Below, piece by piece: positions 62,787-64,000 of a stretch of 64,000 nt of DNA. Positions within the stretch are counted from its first letter, which is position 1, and the number at the start of each line of letters is the position of its first letter. Both the position numbers and the translations under genes were made by a program. The notes beneath the pieces are model-generated. The model searched no databases and had not been told where the DNA came from. It was given only the letters and a program-made list of their open reading frames with translations. Where the stretch lies: contig OY970235.1 of the NCBI GenBank assembly GCA_963714145.1, positions 7,744,407 to 7,808,406 on the forward strand. Reading direction: 5' to 3'. This stretch comes from an uncultured Actinomycetota bacterium. Lineage in GTDB: Bacteria; Actinomycetota; Actinomycetes; Mycobacteriales; CADCTP01.

Positions 62787-63884
62787 CTACCCCACCAGCC
62801 CGGCCGGGCTGGCTGGCTCGGCCGGGCTGGCTGGCTCGGCCGGGCTGGCTGGCTCGGCCGGGCTGGCTGGCTCGGCCGGGCTGGCTGGCTCGGCCGGGCT
62901 GGCTGGCTCGGCCGGAGTGGCTGGCTCGGCTGGAGTGGTGGCCGTGCCGCGCAGGCCGTCCATCAGCCAGGCCCAGGCCGCCGCGACCGGCGATGGGCCG
63001 GCTGGCCAGCCGTTGATCAGCGCGACCAGTTGCCAGTACCGCCCGGTGCGCGGGTCGTAGGCCGCCTGATAGCGGTCCAGCAGCCAGCGCCGGAACTCCG
63101 GGCCGTCCGGCCGGCCGAGCAGCCGGGCCTGCGCGCCGGCGAACTCGTCGATGGCCGGCCGGGCGGCCGGGTCGGTGGCGGCCCGGCCGGCGGCCAGCGC
63201 GTCCCGGGCGGCGGCCATCGCGGCGGTGTTCATCGCCTGGTAGGCGGCTTCGTCGTACCGGTCGCCGGCCTCCCGCCAGAACCACTGGACGCTGTCCCGC
63301 AGTTGGCTGATGTAGTCGTCGTCGGTGACCAGTTCGGCCAGCTCCATCCAGGCGTCGATCTGGTCGGCGCTCGGTTCCTCCGGCAGCGTGGGGGCGCTGT
63401 GCCGGCGGAACCAGGCGGCCGCGGTCGGGTCCACCGGGGTGTCGGCCATCACCCGGTCGAGGAAGTCGTGGATCACCGCGGTGCGCTCGATCGCGGTCAG
63501 CCGGGTCACCTGCTGCGCCCGGGCCAGGTAGGCCGGCGAGGCCCCGGCCGCCACCGTCGCCCGCAGCACGGCCCGCCGCACCTGCAGCGCCTTCACCTGT
63601 GCATCCAGCGCCTCGGCGTGCAGGCTGAGCACGTCCGCGAGGTTGGCCTGCCGGTCCAGCACCCGCCGGATGGTGTCCAGGTCGAGGTCGAGCTCGCGCA
63701 GCGTGCGGACCAGGTCCAGCCGGATCAGGTCGGCCGGCGTGTAGCGCCGGTAGCCGGACGCGGTCCGGGTGGTCGGCGGAAGCACGCCGATATCCGAGTA
63801 GTACCGGATCGTCTTCACCGGCAGCCCGGAGCGTCGGGACAGCTCACCGATCGGGTACGTGCCGCTTCCGGCTTGAGTCTCCAT
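62787..63884 (-). CDS. MerR-family transcriptional regulator with a large helical C-terminal domain
   Basis: [26 protein letters not shown]...SGYRRY HTH; ATG at 63884. Confidence 0.92.
   Translation of the reverse strand: METQAGSGTYPIGELSRRSGLPVKTIRYYSDIGVLPPTTRTASGYRRYTPADLIRLDLVRTLRELDLDLDTIRRVLDRQANLADVLSLHAEALDAQVKALQVRRAVLRATVAAGASPAYLARAQQVTRLTAIERTAVIHDFLDRVMADTPVDPTAAAWFRRHSAPTLPEEPSADQIDAWMELAELVTDDDYISQLRDSVQWFWREAGDRYDEAAYQAMNTAAMAAARDALAAGRAATDPAARPAIDEFAGAQARLLGRPDGPEFRRWLLDRYQAAYDPRTGRYWQLVALINGWPAGPSPVAAAWAWLMDGLRGTATTPAEPATPAEPASPAEPASPAEPASPAEPASPAEPASPAEPASPAGLVG
62801..62938. repeat. 18-bp tandem repeat CGGCCGGGCTGGCTGGCT: six perfect and about two degenerate copies
   Basis: Read directly; encodes a (PAEPAS)n tail on the MerR protein. 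Confidence 0.9.
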
Positions 63885-63903
63885 CAACGGGAGACTTTAC
63901 CGT
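63873..63903 (+). promoter_or_regulatory. MerR-type promoter: -35 TTGAGT, 19-bp spacer with dyad AGTCTCC-n7-GGAGACT, -10 TACCGT
   Basis: TTGAGT at 63873-63878, TACCGT at 63898-63903, inverted repeat at 63876-63882/63890-63896. The ATG at 63910 lies 6 nt after the -10 with no SD, suggesting a leaderless mRNA. Confidence 0.8.
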
Positions 63904-63909
63904 CGGGCC

Positions 63910-64000
63910 ATGCCACCGAAGAAGAAGATCGTCGCCACGGTGACGATCCAGTTGGACGCCGGCCAGGCGAACATGGGCAAGGCCGGCCAGGCCCTGGGTC
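63910..64000 (+). CDS. rplK: Ribosomal protein uL11 (RplK) paralog, 3'-truncated by the window
   Basis: Translates MPPKKKIVATVTIQLDAGQANMGKAGQALG, which aligns with the actinobacterial L11 N-terminus (MPPKKK..LQI.AG.ANPAPPVGPALG). It is not preceded by nusG. Absent from the ORF track because it is truncated. Confidence 0.78.
   Translation, partial: MPPKKKIVATVTIQLDAGQANMGKAGQALG

Noticed and set aside
62801-62938. Possible CRISPR array
   Set aside because: Units are directly adjacent with no spacers, and there are no cas genes.
62767-63060. Plus-strand ORF with AGLAGS repeats overlapping the XRE stop (GTGA)
   Set aside because: It is the reverse reading of the 18-bp VNTR inside the MerR gene; no independent evidence.
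62787-63884. Calling the MerR protein TipA
   Set aside because: It lacks any cysteine and I cannot recognise a TipAS domain, so only the regulatory logic is analogous.
1-64000. tRNA, rRNA, transposase, integrase or prophage genes
   Set aside because: None recognisable by eye; a covariance-model scan would be needed to exclude small RNAs.

Overview
Very high-GC actinobacterial chromosome segment. From left to right: (1) the 3' part of a giant NRPS (1-19014; C-A-T-E-C-A-T-C-A-T-E-C-A-T-C-A-T-E, ending in an epimerization domain with no thioesterase), followed by an MFS exporter fused in frame to an MbtH-like domain; (2) an ECF sigma/membrane-protein pair, a polyamine ABC transporter, a SAM-methyltransferase/XRE-DUF5753/DUF397 module and a double-LuxR regulator; (3) a Tat-exported multicopper oxidase behind a near-perfect IdeR/DmdR iron box, a second ECF pair, and two large secreted DUF4082-type proteins; (4) an iniR-iniB-iniA-iniC-like dynamin locus with a membrane-anchored Hsp70 and a second IniB-N-like protein; (5) several secreted or membrane proteins and the ureABCFGD urease operon; (6) at the right edge, a MerR regulator divergent from a proline-less ribosomal protein L11 paralog, with a textbook 19-bp-spacer MerR promoter between them, which is a candidate inducible thiopeptide-resistance module. 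The 11-bp palindrome TCCAC(A/T)GTGGA is strongly iterated inside genes across the window, in several reading frames. Six single-base insertions between about 41 and 46.5 kb look like sequencing or consensus errors. Family names come from motif recognition by eye, not from database searches.
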